Virus record (IMG/VR): IMGVR_UViG_3300022753_000048 | Coordinates: 62,001-122,525 of that record | From: an uncultured virus (IMG/VR IMGVR_UViG_3300022753_000048) | Lineage: Duplodnaviria > Heunggongvirae > Uroviricota > Caudoviricetes | DNA: 60,525 bases | Direction: 5' to 3' (one strand) | Part shown: piece after piece, positions 23,401-37,801 of the stretch | Layout: each line of letters begins with the position of its first letter | How positions within the stretch are numbered: position 1 is the first letter of the stretch | Made by a program: the position numbers and the translations under genes | Notes under the pieces: model-generated | Told to the model about the DNA's origin: nothing | The model's database searches: none | Seen by the model: only the letters and a program-made list of their open reading frames with translations

Positions 23401-26002
23401 TGAATAGTTAGCAGAAGGCGCTGATTAGGTTACTCAAACAATTTAGGGACATCCTATTACAGTAGATATTACTCCAGATATGTCTGTAGCAGATATCAAT
23501 GCTGAATTACAGAACGAGCTACAAAGATAGTTATGGAGAGAATAGGCAGAAATTCAGGCTTAGGTTTATGGTGAATTGGAAGTCGCGCCAACATTAGACG
23601 AAACTGCTTATAATTCAGTTCAATCTTCAATTGATAAATTAACTACAACTCGCTATGCGAAAGTTGTTGTTAATGAAGTATGGGGAAGTCGTGTTGATAG
23701 AACAAGTACAACAACCACTACAGTTACTGTCCCAGCAGGAAATAGTGGATATAGTTCTACCGCTTAGAAATATTTATCAGATAGAGGATATATTTCTGTG
23801 GCATCTGGTACTAAAAGTGCGAAAGGCGGAATTTCTCTGCTGAGTGAAGAAGGAGTAGAAATTGTTTGGAACAAAGAAAAAGGCTATTCTTATATTACCG
23901 GTCAGAATGGGCCCGAATTCTAGCGTCTGAATCCTGGCGATCAAGTTTTCAACGCCAAAGACACAAAAAAGATTCTCAAAAATGGAATTAATCCAACTTA
24001 TGCTAGTCATGCTTCTGGAACCTTCCAAAGCAATGCAACTTCAGTACCAGTTGGTGCGGGTAAAAACCCAATTTCAGGCGGCTCAGGTGGTAACGCATCT
24101 GAGAAGGAAGAAGACAAGTGGGAAAATCCGTTCGACAAACTCTATAATCTAGTCCGCAAAATCGACGAAGAGCTTCGTCAGCGCGAGCGCATCGAACGCC
24201 GCTACGAAAAGCTTCTCGAAGACATTGGTGTAAGCGCCAACAAAATCGTAGCAGTTACGGCAGAAGAACTGGTCCAGCTAGAGCGCGAGCGTATGCTGCA
24301 AGAGCAACTTATCTCTGGTCGTAGATATCAAATCCAGCAATTCCAAAATGAAAACCCAGACCTGACAGGCTACGCCAACGTCGTTCAAAATGAACGTGGC
24401 GAAGACGTCCTGCGTATCAACTGGGACCTGATTAATGGTATAACAGACCCAGATCAAGGTCAGCGTATCGAAGACTATGTAAGTCAGCTTGAGGAATGGT
24501 TTGATGATTTGCAAGAAGCCGAGGACGCTCTGTGGGACATTGAAGATGCCGTAGATGAAATCAAAGAGCGCGGCAAAGACTAGTACTTCGAGTTGGAAGA
24601 CATGATAAAGGATGCTTTAACATAGAGTTATCAAGAGTAGATTGATACATTGACTGAAATCAACAACTCCATTAATGACACAAATGCCTCTCTGTTAGAT
24701 GCAATTCAAAAATCTGTTGACAAGCAGCGCCAAGACCGTGAGAATGAGCGCACTGAAGATGAGCTTGCTGAAAAGCAACGTCGTTTGATGTATCTACAAC
24801 AAGACACATCCGGCGCGAATGCAATGGAAATTTTGAGATTGCAAGATGAAATTGCACAAGGTCAAGAAGACTACACTGATACTTTGATTGACCAAAAGAT
24901 TTCTGAACTACAAGACCAAAATGATGCGGCCGCAGAACAACGCGACAAGCAAATCACTCTGGCACAGGCTCAGCTAGACCATTATATTGAAACTGGTAGA
25001 ATCTGGCAAGAAGTTCAGGCTCTGATGGATGAAGGACTTGACAAGGACAACGGCTTAATTCGTGGCACTCGTCTGGAAACTATTTTGAAAAATGCCGCCA
25101 ATTTCAAAGGATTGTCTGACTTAGCAAAGGTCGAATGGATTAATGATACTAATCAGTTAATTGCTGAAGCTTTGGCATATTTGGATATTGGCGAGAAGCT
25201 GGATGAAATCATCGGAAAGATAGATGCTCCTACAGTTGAGGGTCCTGCTTCTGGTGGTACTATGGGTCCTCCTAGTAGTGGCGGTTCTGGTGGTTCTGGT
25301 GGTTCTGGAAGCTCAGGTGGAGGCGGAGGTTCTGGTGGCTCAGGCGGAAGCGGAACGATTACTGTTACTTATGGTAATGGTAATAAAGTTACCTATGATA
25401 AAAATGCGCCCAATCTTGATAGTATTATCGCTTATTGGGAGAGTCAATGGGGAGAATCTGATTACAATGGAGGAACTCCCACACCACCTTCTAACAATGG
25501 AAATTCTAATGGAACAGGTAGTTCCAATACTGGGAATAACGGAGACACTCAGACTGAAAAGAAGCCTAAGTAGGTAGTTGTTACTTATGGTAACGGCAAA
25601 GTAGTTACTTATAATTATCCAGAACCCACTAGTACGGTTGCATATTGGGAAGGTTAGTGGGGTAAGGTTAAAAATAGAGTTTATAAATACAAACAAGGTG
25701 GCTTAGCCGATTTCACAGGTCCTGCATGGCTTGACGGCACCAAAGCTCGTCCTGAGCTAGTTCTAAATGCCCGCGACACTCAAAACTTTATCCAGTTGAA
25801 AGACATTCTAGCTTCCTTAATGAACGGTTCTATCAACAACACCTCTACTGAAAATAATGGAGATATCATCTATGATATTGACATTAATGTAGAAAGTATT
25901 AACAGTGATTACGATGTGGAGCAAGTAGCTAATAAGGTCAAATCCTTGATTAACGAAGATGCTCATTACCGTAATAATAACACTGTAAGTTTAAAGAGAT
26001 AA
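17480..26002 (+). CDS. tape measure protein, about 2840 aa (dozens of TAG)
   Basis: GAGGTG RBS. Fragments 19211, 19877, 22133, 22715, 23576, 24293, 24650 and 25796 share one frame. I counted 25 TAG and no TAA/TGA in the first ~580 codons. TP901-type core (ELDAAMTETAVVT...ETAGTAMKTIIARF), hydrophobic segments, C-terminal GGLADFTGPAWLDG..PELVLN. Confidence 0.9.
25355..25663 (+). repeat. internal peptide duplication in the tape measure protein
   Basis: VTYGNGNKVTY...AYWESQWG (25355-25453) and VTYGNGKVVTY...AYWEG*WG (25574-25663). Confidence 0.75.
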
Positions 26003-26015
26003 AAGGAGGATTAGA

Positions 26016-26939
26016 ATGAGCGATTTGAATATTTATGGAGTTGGAGATTCTCAATATAGCTCTGACTACATTGGATTCACCTTTAATGGAGTTCATTCTG
26101 ACACCCTAGGCATTAAACGTACAAGTGAAGGAAGTAGGTTCAATGAGAACCTACTTCCCACTATTTAGGACAAGACAGTTCAAGTGCCTGGTGGAGATGG
26201 AATGTATTTGTTTGGAAGTTATTATACGCAAAGATAGTTTAATATTTCTTATGCGTTTGACGCTTTGGAAGAAGATGACCTTGCTAAAATCAAGGAACTC
26301 TTTGGCGATAAAAAGATACATGAATTGATTTTTGATGAAGCGCCTTATAAGGTATATCAGGCTAAAGTAACTGGTGCTGCTTCGATTAAACATATCCCAT
26401 TTGGGGAGGGAGAACATAATCGAATTTACAAGGGAGAAGGTAATATTCAGTTTACTGCTTATGACCCCTATGCGCGCAGTGTTCATAAGTATTTGGATTA
26501 GTATGTCAATTCTAATAAAGAAGAATGGAAATTGGCCGCTGATTTGTTGCCTACTTAGGGCAATTATGATAAAATCACTAATAATAGAGAAATCAGATTA
26601 TACAACCCTGGTGTGAAAGAAACTGATTTTATTATTACTTTTAATTTTGCAAATGGTGTGATTCCTAATGGTGGCATTATTCTTGATGCTGACCATCAGC
26701 TTCATTTTAATCGTATGGAAAGTCAAGATGGTGACGACCAAATCAGAATCAATACTAAATTGAATTTGATTGAAGGTTATAAAAACGGAAAGAAGAGCGG
26801 AAAAATTTATAATCGCTATATTAAGAGCGGTTTCTTCTTTAAGATTCCTGTAACAAAAACAGCTATATTAACCATTGACAACACAAGTACTTTGCCCAGT
26901 TGTTTTGCTGGTATTGATTATGATTACATTTACTTTTAA
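26016..26939 (+). CDS. distal tail protein (Dit-like; TAG-recoded)
   Basis: GFTFNGVHSDTLGI, VPGGDG and IQFTAYDPY motifs; directly after the tape measure gene; fragments 26265 and 26613 in frame. Confidence 0.75.
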
Positions 26940-26950
26940 GGAGGTATTTA

Positions 26951-29900
26951 ATGGGAATTATTAAAAAACCATATGAAATATCTCTTTGGGAAGATATACT
27001 TACTTTTAAGTATGAAGATGGCACTGAAACAGAAGGTGTGATTGAAAACGGACACGGTCCTGTGGTTCACCAATACTACAAGGAAAGAAAAATTTGTATT
27101 ATTGGCTCAGATATTATGGATACACCCATTCGTGCGACATCGCCGAAGTTAGTTTCAAAAGTTAATGGTGAAAACATATTAACATTTAATATGTATTCTC
27201 ATTATTACGATACAGACGCTAATGAGTATTTCGTCAATCCTTTCATTGGTTTAATAGTCAATGAAAGAAAGATAAAATTACGTTATGGAGCACTTGGCGC
27301 CGAAAGTACAAAATGGTATGATTTTGTAATCAAGAATATTCAAGAGAATTCTGATACCAAAACTTATTCTTATACTGCTAAGGATTTATTCGTAAATGAG
27401 CTTTCTAAGTCTGGTTTCAACCTAGAGTTTGCCGCAGAGTTAGAAAATAACATGGGCAATATAAATACTTTGGCTGAACGTGTTCTTGATGAAAGTGACT
27501 GGAAGCTACGCGATTCTGGCGAAATTTTAAAATAGACTATTGAAGAACCCTTATATCAAATTCAGTTATCAAAAGACGTAACCTTAACAAACATGGAAGA
27601 TTCAAGCGATACGCTCACACTAGCTGCCAACAAGTTTGTTTATGCGTTCTATAATAACATAGTGAATGAACAACCATATGTTCAGTTCCTATATGCTGAA
27701 GAATATGAAGTGGATGACGACCATATTATTACTAACAGCCCGAATTGGTTCTTAGATGGCGTAACTTATAGTAGTGATGGCAAACCAGATTTCGCTGCTT
27801 CTATGGCTATTTCTGATATTTACCGCGGCCGGCGCCTTGTACGAAAAGTCAGAACTAAATTTGACGCTACTATTAACAAATATATTAATGTATATAAAGA
27901 GTCAATTGGCAATGGCCAATATAGAGAAATCTATGGTTATACCGAGAGTGATTATACTTCACCTGGTATTATTTAGTCTTATGTAACCAATCCAAATAAC
28001 TATGATAGTTACACTGGATGGGAGACTGGTTGCTCCAGCGAAGGAAACTTCCCTGAGCTAAACCTTGTTTCTGTGCCAGATATTAGAGATGTAAATCCTG
28101 ATACTGTTTTAGATGGCACAGCCTCTTTTGAATCTTGCTTGAAATTTGAGGTTATTGATACCGAGCAATTGTTGTTTAACTCTGGTGTTGTTGATATGCG
28201 ACATCATATTGACGGTTTTGTTAAAGATGAAAAATATATATTTAGAGTTAAATACGGACGGGCCGGAGTAGCAGGAGAACATGGCGCGAAAACATTACTT
28301 GGTAGTGATATAAGTTTAATATTAAAAGTTAGTGAATATACACTTGAAAATGGTAAATATACTTTAACTGGTACTCCTTATTTTGAATGTGAGTTAGGTA
28401 CTTCTAACACCAGCTCAGTGCCCGACTATCTTGTTTCTAATCCTATTGCTTGCACTTAGGCTTTATCATATAAAGAAATGATAGAGATGAGTCATTCATT
28501 AGGTATGTTTATTCAGCTGAAGACTCCTGGTACTATTTACATTTAGGATGTCCAATTCTTCCCTTATGTTGACAATAATGGTGAGGTTTTATTACCTGAC
28601 GAAATTTAGCAAGGTAAAGTTCGTACTCTTTATTATTATTATGTTCCCAGTGATGAATACAAGAGTATTGATGATGTTAAGCCTATTTATAAGGGAGAAA
28701 CTCCTTCTCCCGCATATGAGGAAGCCTATAATGAAAATAGCTATGAAAAAATTCGTAGTATTACAGCTTCTGAATCAAATAGATTTAATTTACTGCAAGA
28801 GCTTTGTGAAATTTTTGAATGCTGGGTAAAATTTGAGATAGACCATGACCCACAGACAGGCATGATTCTAATGGACGAAGAATATCGTCAAAGAAAGTGG
28901 GTTAGTTTTCATGAATATATTGGAAACGAAAATTACTCTGGCTTTAAATATGGTGTTAATTTAAAGAACATTTAGCGTACAATTGATTCTGAAGCAATAG
29001 TTTCTAAATTGATTGTAAAGAATAATTCTAACGAATTTGCAGAAGATGGTTTCTGTTCAATCGCACGAGCTGATGAAAGTCCTAATGGTGAAAACTTTAT
29101 TTTAGACTTTAGTTATTATATTCAACATGGTATGTTGGGTATGAGTGAAGTTACTAATGATTTATATTTAGGACCTAACATTAGCAGTGGATGGCTTGGT
29201 TATTACAAAGAATTAAAACGCATCAATGATTTGCGTGATAAATATATCAAAGAGCAGAGCGGTTTGCTTGTTGATATAACTGAATATTAGGCTTCTTACC
29301 AGACTTATCATTTATCTTCTTAGGAAGCGGCCAAGCAGTAGGGCGATAAGTTAAATTATCTCGAATCTTTAACTGGCTATACCTTTACTTAGTTAATTAG
29401 TGCAGATAGTGATACAACTATTGATTCTAATGAAAGAGAAAAAAGAAAAGAATGGCTAGAGAACGACCAAGTTTTGGCCACCTTAGCATCTATTGCTCGT
29501 TTAGATACGGTATATAAAAATCATAGTGATTTGGCATTTAAAGCAAAAACTAATTTAGATAATGCTCAAGCGAGATATGATGAAATAAATCGTATTTTAG
29601 CAAGCAGAAAAGAAGAAGATGCCGAAATTAGCTTGTTGATTCAAAAAGAAGTATTGCATCGCGCCTTCTATAAAAAATATTCTCGTTTCTTACAAGAAGG
29701 CTCTTGGATTTCAGAAGATTATATTGATGACAATCTTTACTTCTTAGACGCGCAAAGCACTTTAGCAACTTCTTCTAAACCTAAGATTACTTACAATATT
29801 TCTGTTTTGGAATTAAGCCAATTAGAAGGTTATGAAAATTATACCTTTGCGCTGGGCGACAAAACAACAATTGAAGATACCGAGTTCTTTGGTTGGGTTT

Positions 29901-31378
29901 GGATTGATGGAGTTTAGACTCCCTATCGAGAGGAAATCGTTGTTACTGAGCTAACTATTATGTTAGATTAGCCAGAACAAAATCAAATTAAAGTTTAGAA
30001 CTATAAAACTCAATTTGAAGATTTGTTCCAGCGTATGGCGGCGACTACTCAATCTGTTGAATACAGCACTGGCAAGTATATGAAAGTTGCTGGTATTGTT
30101 CAGCAAGACGGTACTATTAATATTACCACTTTATAGAACTCTATTGCTAATAATGCTTTAACTCTGCAAAACGCTAAAGACCAATCTGTAGTTTGGGACG
30201 AAACTGGTATTACTACAACCAGCATGAAGAATCCTGCAGAAATTTTGAGAATTGTTAGTGGCGGTGTATTCTTGTCTGTTGATGGTGGTGTTACTTGGAA
30301 TACTGGTATTACTGGTAGAGGTATTAACGCAAGTTATATTACTAGCGGTCAAATGAATGTTGAAGAAGTCAATATTCTAAATGGCTCATTTCCTTCTTTT
30401 AGATGGGATAAGACGGGTATCAGTGCTTATGAGTTTACTATAAATGAATAGACTGGTGCGGCGTAGAATTTTAACTTCAGTAAATTTGTTCGTTTAGATC
30501 AATATGGATTGTACGGTATAAATGGATATACCGACTTTAATTCTACTGTTAAAGATCCTGAAACTGGTAAGATAGGTGAAGATAGAATTTGGGATAGAGC
30601 TAATTTTGCCTTAACTTGGCGTGGTTTCCAAATTCGTTCTAAAAAGTTTGGTTTAGATGGCTATATAAGGATTACTGAGGAAGATGACATTTAGTTAATA
30701 AACAAAGTAGTCTTGAATGGTAAAACTATTGAAATAGACCAAGTTAAAATTGGTTTGTTGGATAAAAAGGGTGATGAAGCCATCTATGGTTTGCGTCTAA
30801 AAGACCATTTAAATCAAGTTGTACTAGAATAGTCATCTCAAGGTAAGGTGTGGATTCGAGATGAACTAAAAATTGGTACTGCCGACACATCTACTGTAAG
30901 TCTGGGTTATTTAAAGAAATATCGCAATGATGAAACTGCCATAAAGGATGAAGAAGGTAATATTATTGGCGGTGTTAGCTAGGTAATTCGCGCTGGAGAC
31001 TCTGGAACAAAACAAGAATTTATTGTTTATGAGGATGGTCGTTTGGAAGCCACTGGTGGATATTTTAAAGGCGAAATTCATGCTGATTCTGGCACCATTG
31101 GTGGAGTTAGTATTCAAACTATTCTTGGTGCAGAATACGAGGTTCTAATTGAGGTTACTAAAGGAACCGTATTTAAAGATGAAACTGAAGTAAAAACTTT
31201 AACTGCACGATTATATAAAAATAGAGAAGAAATTTCTTCTTCAGAAATAACTGGCTATAAATGGTATTTAGACGGTTAGTTGCTATCGGCGACAACTCAA
31301 TCAATAGATGTAGTCGCTTCAGATTTTGATGGAAATGCAGAATATATCTGCGAAATTGAGTATGGTTCAGATGAGTGA
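26951..31378 (+). CDS. Tal-like baseplate hub/tail spike, about 1475 aa (TAG-recoded)
   Basis: Eight ORF fragments in one frame ending at TGA 31376-31378; SVDGGVTWNTGITGRGINASYITSG motif; follows Dit. Confidence 0.7.
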
Positions 31379-31386
31379 GGTGGATA

Positions 31387-34167
31387 ATGGCTAAATATAC
31401 TGGTAGCATTAGTTTGGTTGATATGAGTGATATTACTGCTACTGCAGGAGTTGGTATTTCTCACACCAAAGTTTTATATGCTTTAAGTAGTACTGGTGAC
31501 CTTCCACCGGACTTAGAAGGGGCCAGTTTAAAAATTAATGGAGTGGATGGTGCCCTAAGTTTTAGTGACTTAGGGACCAGTTTCCACGTTGAAAATGGTA
31601 TCTTATATGCTTATTATAACGATGCTAAAGTTGAATTAAAAGTCGATGGTGGGAATAATATTACTGGCACAGAAGGATGGCTTTCCACTGTCCCAACTGT
31701 AGGACCTGGTCAATATTTATGGACTAAAACAATTTATTATTACACAAATAATAATGAAACAGTTGTTTATGGAGTTTATAGATGGGGCGAGAATGGTGAA
31801 GAAGGTAAGCAAGGTCCTCCTGGTACTTCTTCTTCTAGCTATAGAATTAGTGCCAATCAAACTGAAATTTTAAAGTTTGTTAGCTTAGACGGAAATACAG
31901 TTACCTTTAGCCCAGAAAACTTACAATTTGCAGTTTATAAAGACTAGGCGGCGCCAGGTAGTGGTTTGTATTATGAACAAGTTAGGGGATTATCAAAAGA
32001 AAAATTCTCTATTTCTGTTTATGATATAAATTCTAATCAATATATAGACATATCACCAGATTTTATAAATTTTGATGAAACTTAGGATACTTTTAATATT
32101 GACTTATACAACTTAAGTAGAGATGCTCTTGCTTTCAGAATTTTATTGGATGAAGAATGTTTAGTTAGATATACCTATCTTTTAGAAAATGAAGAAGGTA
32201 ATTTTAATTTAATTGACTATTTAAATGTCCGATATGGTATAAAAAAAGATATGGCTGCCTTATCTGTCGAAGCAGGGAAAATTGTACAGTCAATATAGGA
32301 TTCTTACTTAACTTTTTCGGCAACAGGTTTGACCATTTAGAATGGTGGCTTTTAGATTCTTAATAGAAATGGTGAATAGGTATTATGGTCTTCTGCAGAC
32401 ACTGGCAATCTTACTATTACTGGTACTATTAATGCAAACAATGGTTATTTTGCTGGTGAATTAAGAAGTAAGTCAGGTTATTTTGAAGGTTCAATTACCG
32501 CAAAAAGTGGTAAGATTGGAGGCTTTAATATTCTAGAGGATAAGTTAACCTCCGAAAAAATTTATATTAAAGTCGTTGACGGACAGGAGACCTATTTACC
32601 AAATATCACTTTAGATGGTACAACTGGTTAGATTATTGCACACGATATCATATTAGGCGCGGGCGCAGTAATTGAAGATTATATTAAAATAGGTAATGCC
32701 TTTATTTATAATCCAACTAATCACAGAGATAAGTTTATTGAAGCCGGTAATATCAATCTGAACCAAACAGGTATTTTAAATTTAGGTTCTATTGAGATGC
32801 ATGGTGGAGATGATACCACTCAAGCATATATGAAATCTGAAAACGGCAATTGGCTAATTCGTGAAGATGGCGTAGCTATTTTTAATGATATTTATGCTGA
32901 TAATGTTCATTTACAAGATACAATTCTTGAAATTGGCACTGTGCAAGCTATGGGTAGTTTAATGGTATTTAAGGATAGCTGGAGTATAACAAGTGCTAAT
33001 AATAATATTATTGTAGTAAGTGGTTTGACTAATTTAAGCGCAAATGATTGGATTTATTCTGGCAAGAATATTTACAAAGTAGTTAGTTTAACTCAAAATG
33101 ACACTACCACAACTATTACGCTAAATAAATCCTATATTTTAGATGATGGTTTAATTATCACTAAATTTGGTAAAACTTCTGATTCTCAAGTACCTGGTTT
33201 TATTTTATCTATACTTGGTGAATAGGCTATTATAAATGATAACAGAGCCTTTGCCTCTGGTAATGCCTTAACAATCAGTGATTTTGTAGAGGAAAATGGC
33301 GCGTTAACCTATACTAAGAGATTGGTTTTAGGTTAGCTGGATGGCGCAGTGGATAAAAATATTACCGGTCTTGGCCTATATGCAGATAACGTTTTCTTAA
33401 ATGGTTCTTTAACGACTAAAGTAGACGATGATAGTTATGCAGGTATAAACACCATTGGTGAAGCAACCGCCACTGTCTTTGGTAATAAAGATAACTCTAG
33501 AATTATTTTCTGGGCTGGCTCTGCTTCTAGTACTAATATAGATATTCAAGAGTCTCCTTTTTAGGTTACTGAAATGGGTTCAATATATGCAAGAAAAGGC
33601 ATCTTTAGAGATTCCATTATTTCTGATAGTATAATTTAGGGCGCTGATATTTATGCTGCTCGAATTCATGGTGGTACTACTAGTTAGTCCAATTCATTAA
33701 CTATTTATGATACCTCTATGGGTATTATATTTAAAGAGGGTTATCAAACTACAGAAAAAGAAGTATTTGCCATTCGGGCAGATGGATTACAATAGAATAA
33801 TGATTATTTTATCGAAATTAAAAATGATAAGATCGGTTTTTATGGAGATAGTTTTGTAATTGATACAAAAGAAGAAAATTATTTAGAAATTGTTTCTAAT
33901 ACTATAAATGGTGTAGACCTATCTATGAAAATTATTTCTGATGGCTTATCAAGTGAAAGAAGCTACTAGAATTTTACCAATGATAAAATAAGTTTTGGTT
34001 TTAATTAGGGATCTGGTAGGGAAGATAGTATAATTATTAATAAAGACAAAAGTTAGATAAAATCTTTGGCAACATGGTTGGAAAAAGATGTTTATTTTGG
34101 TTCTGGCACTTCTTATATGTAGTATAAGAAGGCAGAAGAAGGTTATGATTTATTTATAAATGAGTAA
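31387..34167 (+). CDS. tail fibre/host-specificity protein, about 926 aa (TAG-recoded)
   Basis: WLSTVPTVGPGQYLWTKTIYYY motif, short collagen-like GENGEEGKQGPPG, and G.F.G.I.A.SG.IGG repeats; fragments 31375, 32797 and 33349 in frame. Confidence 0.7.
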
Positions 34168-34182
34168 AAAGGAGGAAAGTAA

Positions 34183-37100
34183 ATGGCTAGTAGCGGCTCT
34201 GTAAAAGCTTATCATCCTAATAATGGAGCTTATTGGTCTTTTGAGTGGACGGCTAAGGCTACCTCAACTAAAGGACAAACAAAAGTTAGTTATGATATTT
34301 ACAAAAGAGGACGTAGTAGCTCTCCCACGTGGTTAGCTACTGATTGTGATATATCGGTATATTACAACGGGTCTTGGCATGATATATTGAGCACTGGTAG
34401 AAGGGTACCAGGTTCTAGTGATAATGGCTGTAGCTTTGCCAACGATTTTGAAGATGACGGTAGTTTTACAGTAGTTCACTCTTCAGACGGTTCTGGTAGT
34501 TTTATAGTAAGTATTTCTGCATATATTGATAGTGGTTATAACTGGGAACATAACGCTTCAGCATATGAAACTTGCACTTTGAATACAAACTTAGCCTATT
34601 CTAATTGTTATGCACCAACTTCGGTAACAGCTTCCGGTTTGGTCGCACCTAATGGGGAAGTTACAGTGTCTTGGTCTGGCGCAAGTGGTGGCACAAGTAA
34701 TTCAATAAACGGATATGATATTTATTGGAGAATTACTTCCGAAGGTTCTGCACCTTCAACTAGCACTTATACAACCAAAACTAGTATATCTTCTACAAGT
34801 AGTTCTGGTAGCGCAAAAATAAATATAGGTAATGCCACTCGTGGACATACGGTTGTTTTTGGAGTGGTAACTAAGGGTTCGGCTGGTTCTTCTTACTATT
34901 CTGGAATAACAACTGGCGGCAGCGTAAAAATTAATAACTTACCTACCAGACCTTTGGGAGGAACGGTTTCGCCCACTTTAGTGCCAGCTTCTGGTGGCAC
35001 CGTTACTTTTAATATAACTCCTGGTACAGATTCTGATGGGCAAACAGTTGGCTTAAAATATGCAACTTCTGCAACTGGCACAAAAACTGCTTGCGCTTCT
35101 TCTTTTTCTTTATCAGGGGTTGGCGCAGGAACTTATTATTTTTGGTCGAATGATGGTTTAGAAGACAGTGCTGACTACTACACGGTATCTGTCTCAAGCA
35201 ATACGAAACCAACTGTTACAATAAAAGTGACAGGAACTTAGTTGGAAACAGTTAATACCTTGAGTGGTGCGACTTATATTCTAAATCCTACAATTACTTT
35301 AACCAAAGGTAATAATGGTTAGTAGGATAATAATACGTATAATTATTATATACATTATAGTACCGATAATAGCTCTTGGACTAAAAAAACACTTTGGGAA
35401 AACGATTCATCTTTAACAAAAACAATTGATGATGTTCGTGCCTTAGGCTATTTTACTAATTTGGCTACAACAAGCTATTACTATTATTTTTCAGCTACTA
35501 GAAATGATGGAATGGATACTTCTAATGCTGTTAATACTTCTAGTACAAAATATTATGCGTCAAAACGTCCTAGTTTATTAGGTATGTATAATACTCAAAA
35601 TTATTAGAATATTAATTTATCAGAATTTTAGGGATATTTTTCCAAAGCCCTTTCTTTTAAATTCTAGAGAGATACTGGATATAATAGTTTAAAAATTTTT
35701 AATGGGACAACTCAGGTTGGTACAATTTCCCTAACTGCCGCGTCAGATGGTTTAAGAGGATAGTGGTTAGGTATTAATCTTACCAAGGGTTCTTATACTT
35801 TTACTGGTGAATTAGGCCATGCCGCAAATAACTTTTATACATCAAAATTAAACTTAGGCTCCTCTTATAAAATTGAAAATTTAGAAGCTAAAAATTTAAC
35901 AGCTTCTTCTGATTTTTAGGTTTATACTTCTGGAGTAACTTATGATTTTAGTATATATAATACCTTTAATGTCTCTTATTCAGAACTAACGCCGAGTAAA
36001 TATAAGGAATATGGTATTTCAGATATCTCAAGTAGTTTTTATGCAAAATTAACTGTCGATTCTGCAACAGGCAAATCATAGTCTTTAACAATAGTTTAGA
36101 AAACAGTTAATGGCAATTCAACAACAAATGATACCTTATATTTTAGCTTAACTGCTGCTCAATTATATGCCATGCTACCTACCGTATCTAATAAAAATAA
36201 AACTTATCAAGGAACCTTAACCGTTGGTTTTACAGATGTTTTTGGAACTGACACAAGCACTTCTATAAATTATGTGGTTAATTATGGTGTAATTCCTTAG
36301 GTTACTTCTTGTTCTATTAAAATAAATAATAGTAAAGAAATAAATACTTGGGAGTATCTAAAAGAAGGTATGCCATTAACCGTTAATGGAACTGTAAAAT
36401 CTTATAATACTAATCCAAAAATTCAGATTTAGATTAATCGTATTAAAAATGGAGTAGAATCTGGGTATGTTAATTTTGGTAATCCTATAGATTTAGCATC
36501 TAAATCTTCTTCTATTTCTAATACAACACCTTCTCAAGGAACTCCCACCACCTATACTTTTTCTAACTAGAAGATTATCACTGTTGGTGAACTAATTGAA
36601 TTGGATTATTAGGTTAATTTTAGAATTAAGGTTATAACTGATGCAGATAGCAAATATCATTATACTGGTTCTAAATTATATGCTGGAAATGTAAAAGTGT
36701 GCGGTCATACCTCTTAGGGTGCGGTAACTTTAAATGAAGCTGATTATAGCTCTACTGAGGTCACTAGAGCTACCTCTTATTTAAATTATCGTTATACCAA
36801 CAATCATCCTGGCGCATTAACCATAACCGATAATAGTAATTATTCTTTAACATTGACTGCAAAATTAGAATATAGAAATATTGCAAATATCGATTGGAAT
36901 GGTGCAAGTTCAGTTGACATTGGTATTAATTCTCTTGCCTCTTTCTTATCTTATTCTGGAACAAGACGTAGTGTTATTTTTGTTTTCTCCGAGGGTGCAG
37001 ATGCATTTGTGTGCCGTTTAGTTTTAACCACAACGCAAACAGTAACTAACGGAACTGAAAAATATACTACCACTAAAACAGTATACACCAATGAGCAGGC

Positions 37101-37311
37101 TGTATATAATGTTTTACCAACTGTTTCTTATCGTAAGAATTTATTGGGAATCAATGCTTCTAATTTAAATAATTATGAAAATGCTGTTATTGTTGTTGGT
37201 GAACATAGCTCAAAAAATATAATTTATTTAGTTTCTTCTACTGGAGTTAAATAGATAAATACTTCTACTGGTGCGTTAGATGGTTTTATGATAGATGGCG
37301 GTAAATGGTAA
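34183..37311 (+). CDS. Ser/Thr-rich tail fibre/receptor-binding protein, about 1042 aa (TAG-recoded)
   Basis: AGGAGG RBS; beta-rich FN3/Ig-like segments (APTSVT..VTVSWSGA); in frame with fragment 36853; ends IDGGKW then TAA. Confidence 0.65.
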
Positions 37312-37314
37312 AAT

Positions 37315-37343
37315 TTGATTTTCTTATATTTTTATGTTATAAT
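37315..37343 (+). promoter_or_regulatory. sigmaA-like promoter
   Basis: TTGATT-17 nt-TATAAT with extended -10 TG. Confidence 0.65.
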
Positions 37344-37371
37344 AATTATAAAGAAAAATGGAGGAAATTAA

Positions 37372-37746
37372 ATGAAACTTTATGAAGTCTTATCAATTCA
37401 AAACTTTTACAACTTAATCATAAATGCGAAGCTTCCCATTAAAACCACCTACAAGTTAACTCGTTTAATGCGCCGGGTTGAAGAGGAAACTCAATTCTAT
37501 CAGACTGAGTTTGCAAAAATTGTAGATGAATATGCTCTCAAAGAAAATGGTCAGCTTGTTTATTCTGAAGACATGACTTCCATTAAAATTATTGAAGGCA
37601 AGGAAGATGAGTGCAGTGCAAAGATCGCCGAACTTAAAAATCTTGAAATTGATTTAAGTGAGTTCAAATTTTCTATTGAAGAATTTGAAAAGCTCGAGCT
37701 GTCTGTAAGTGATATGTACGGAATTTTACCTCTAATCACCGACTAA
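37372..37746 (+). CDS. hypothetical protein, of the type often found after fibre genes
   Basis: 124 aa, GGAGG RBS, own promoter and terminator, no TAG. Confidence 0.75.
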   Translation: MKLYEVLSIQNFYNLIINAKLPIKTTYKLTRLMRRVEEETQFYQTEFAKIVDEYALKENGQLVYSEDMTSIKIIEGKEDECSAKIAELKNLEIDLSEFKFSIEEFEKLELSVSDMYGILPLITD

Positions 37747-37763
37747 AACAAAATAAACAAAAA

Positions 37764-37801
37764 CTCCCTAATGCTTTTTGTGCATTAGGGAGATTCTTTT
37801 T
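37764..37801 (+). terminator. rho-independent terminator
   Basis: CTCCCTAATGC/GCATTAGGGAG stem followed by ATTCTTTTT. Confidence 0.75.

Noticed and set aside
25250..25350. Repeat array or CRISPR-like sequence (GGTTCTGGT units)
   Set aside because: It encodes a Gly/Ser linker within the tape measure frame and has no repeat-spacer structure.
2702..37311. Decayed prophage with many pseudogenes, or sequencing errors
   Set aside because: Fragments stay in one frame and are broken only by TAG. Decay or error would also give TAA, TGA and frameshifts.
31387..37311. Diversity-generating retroelement targeting the fibre genes
   Set aside because: I saw no reverse transcriptase and no template/variable repeat pair in the window.
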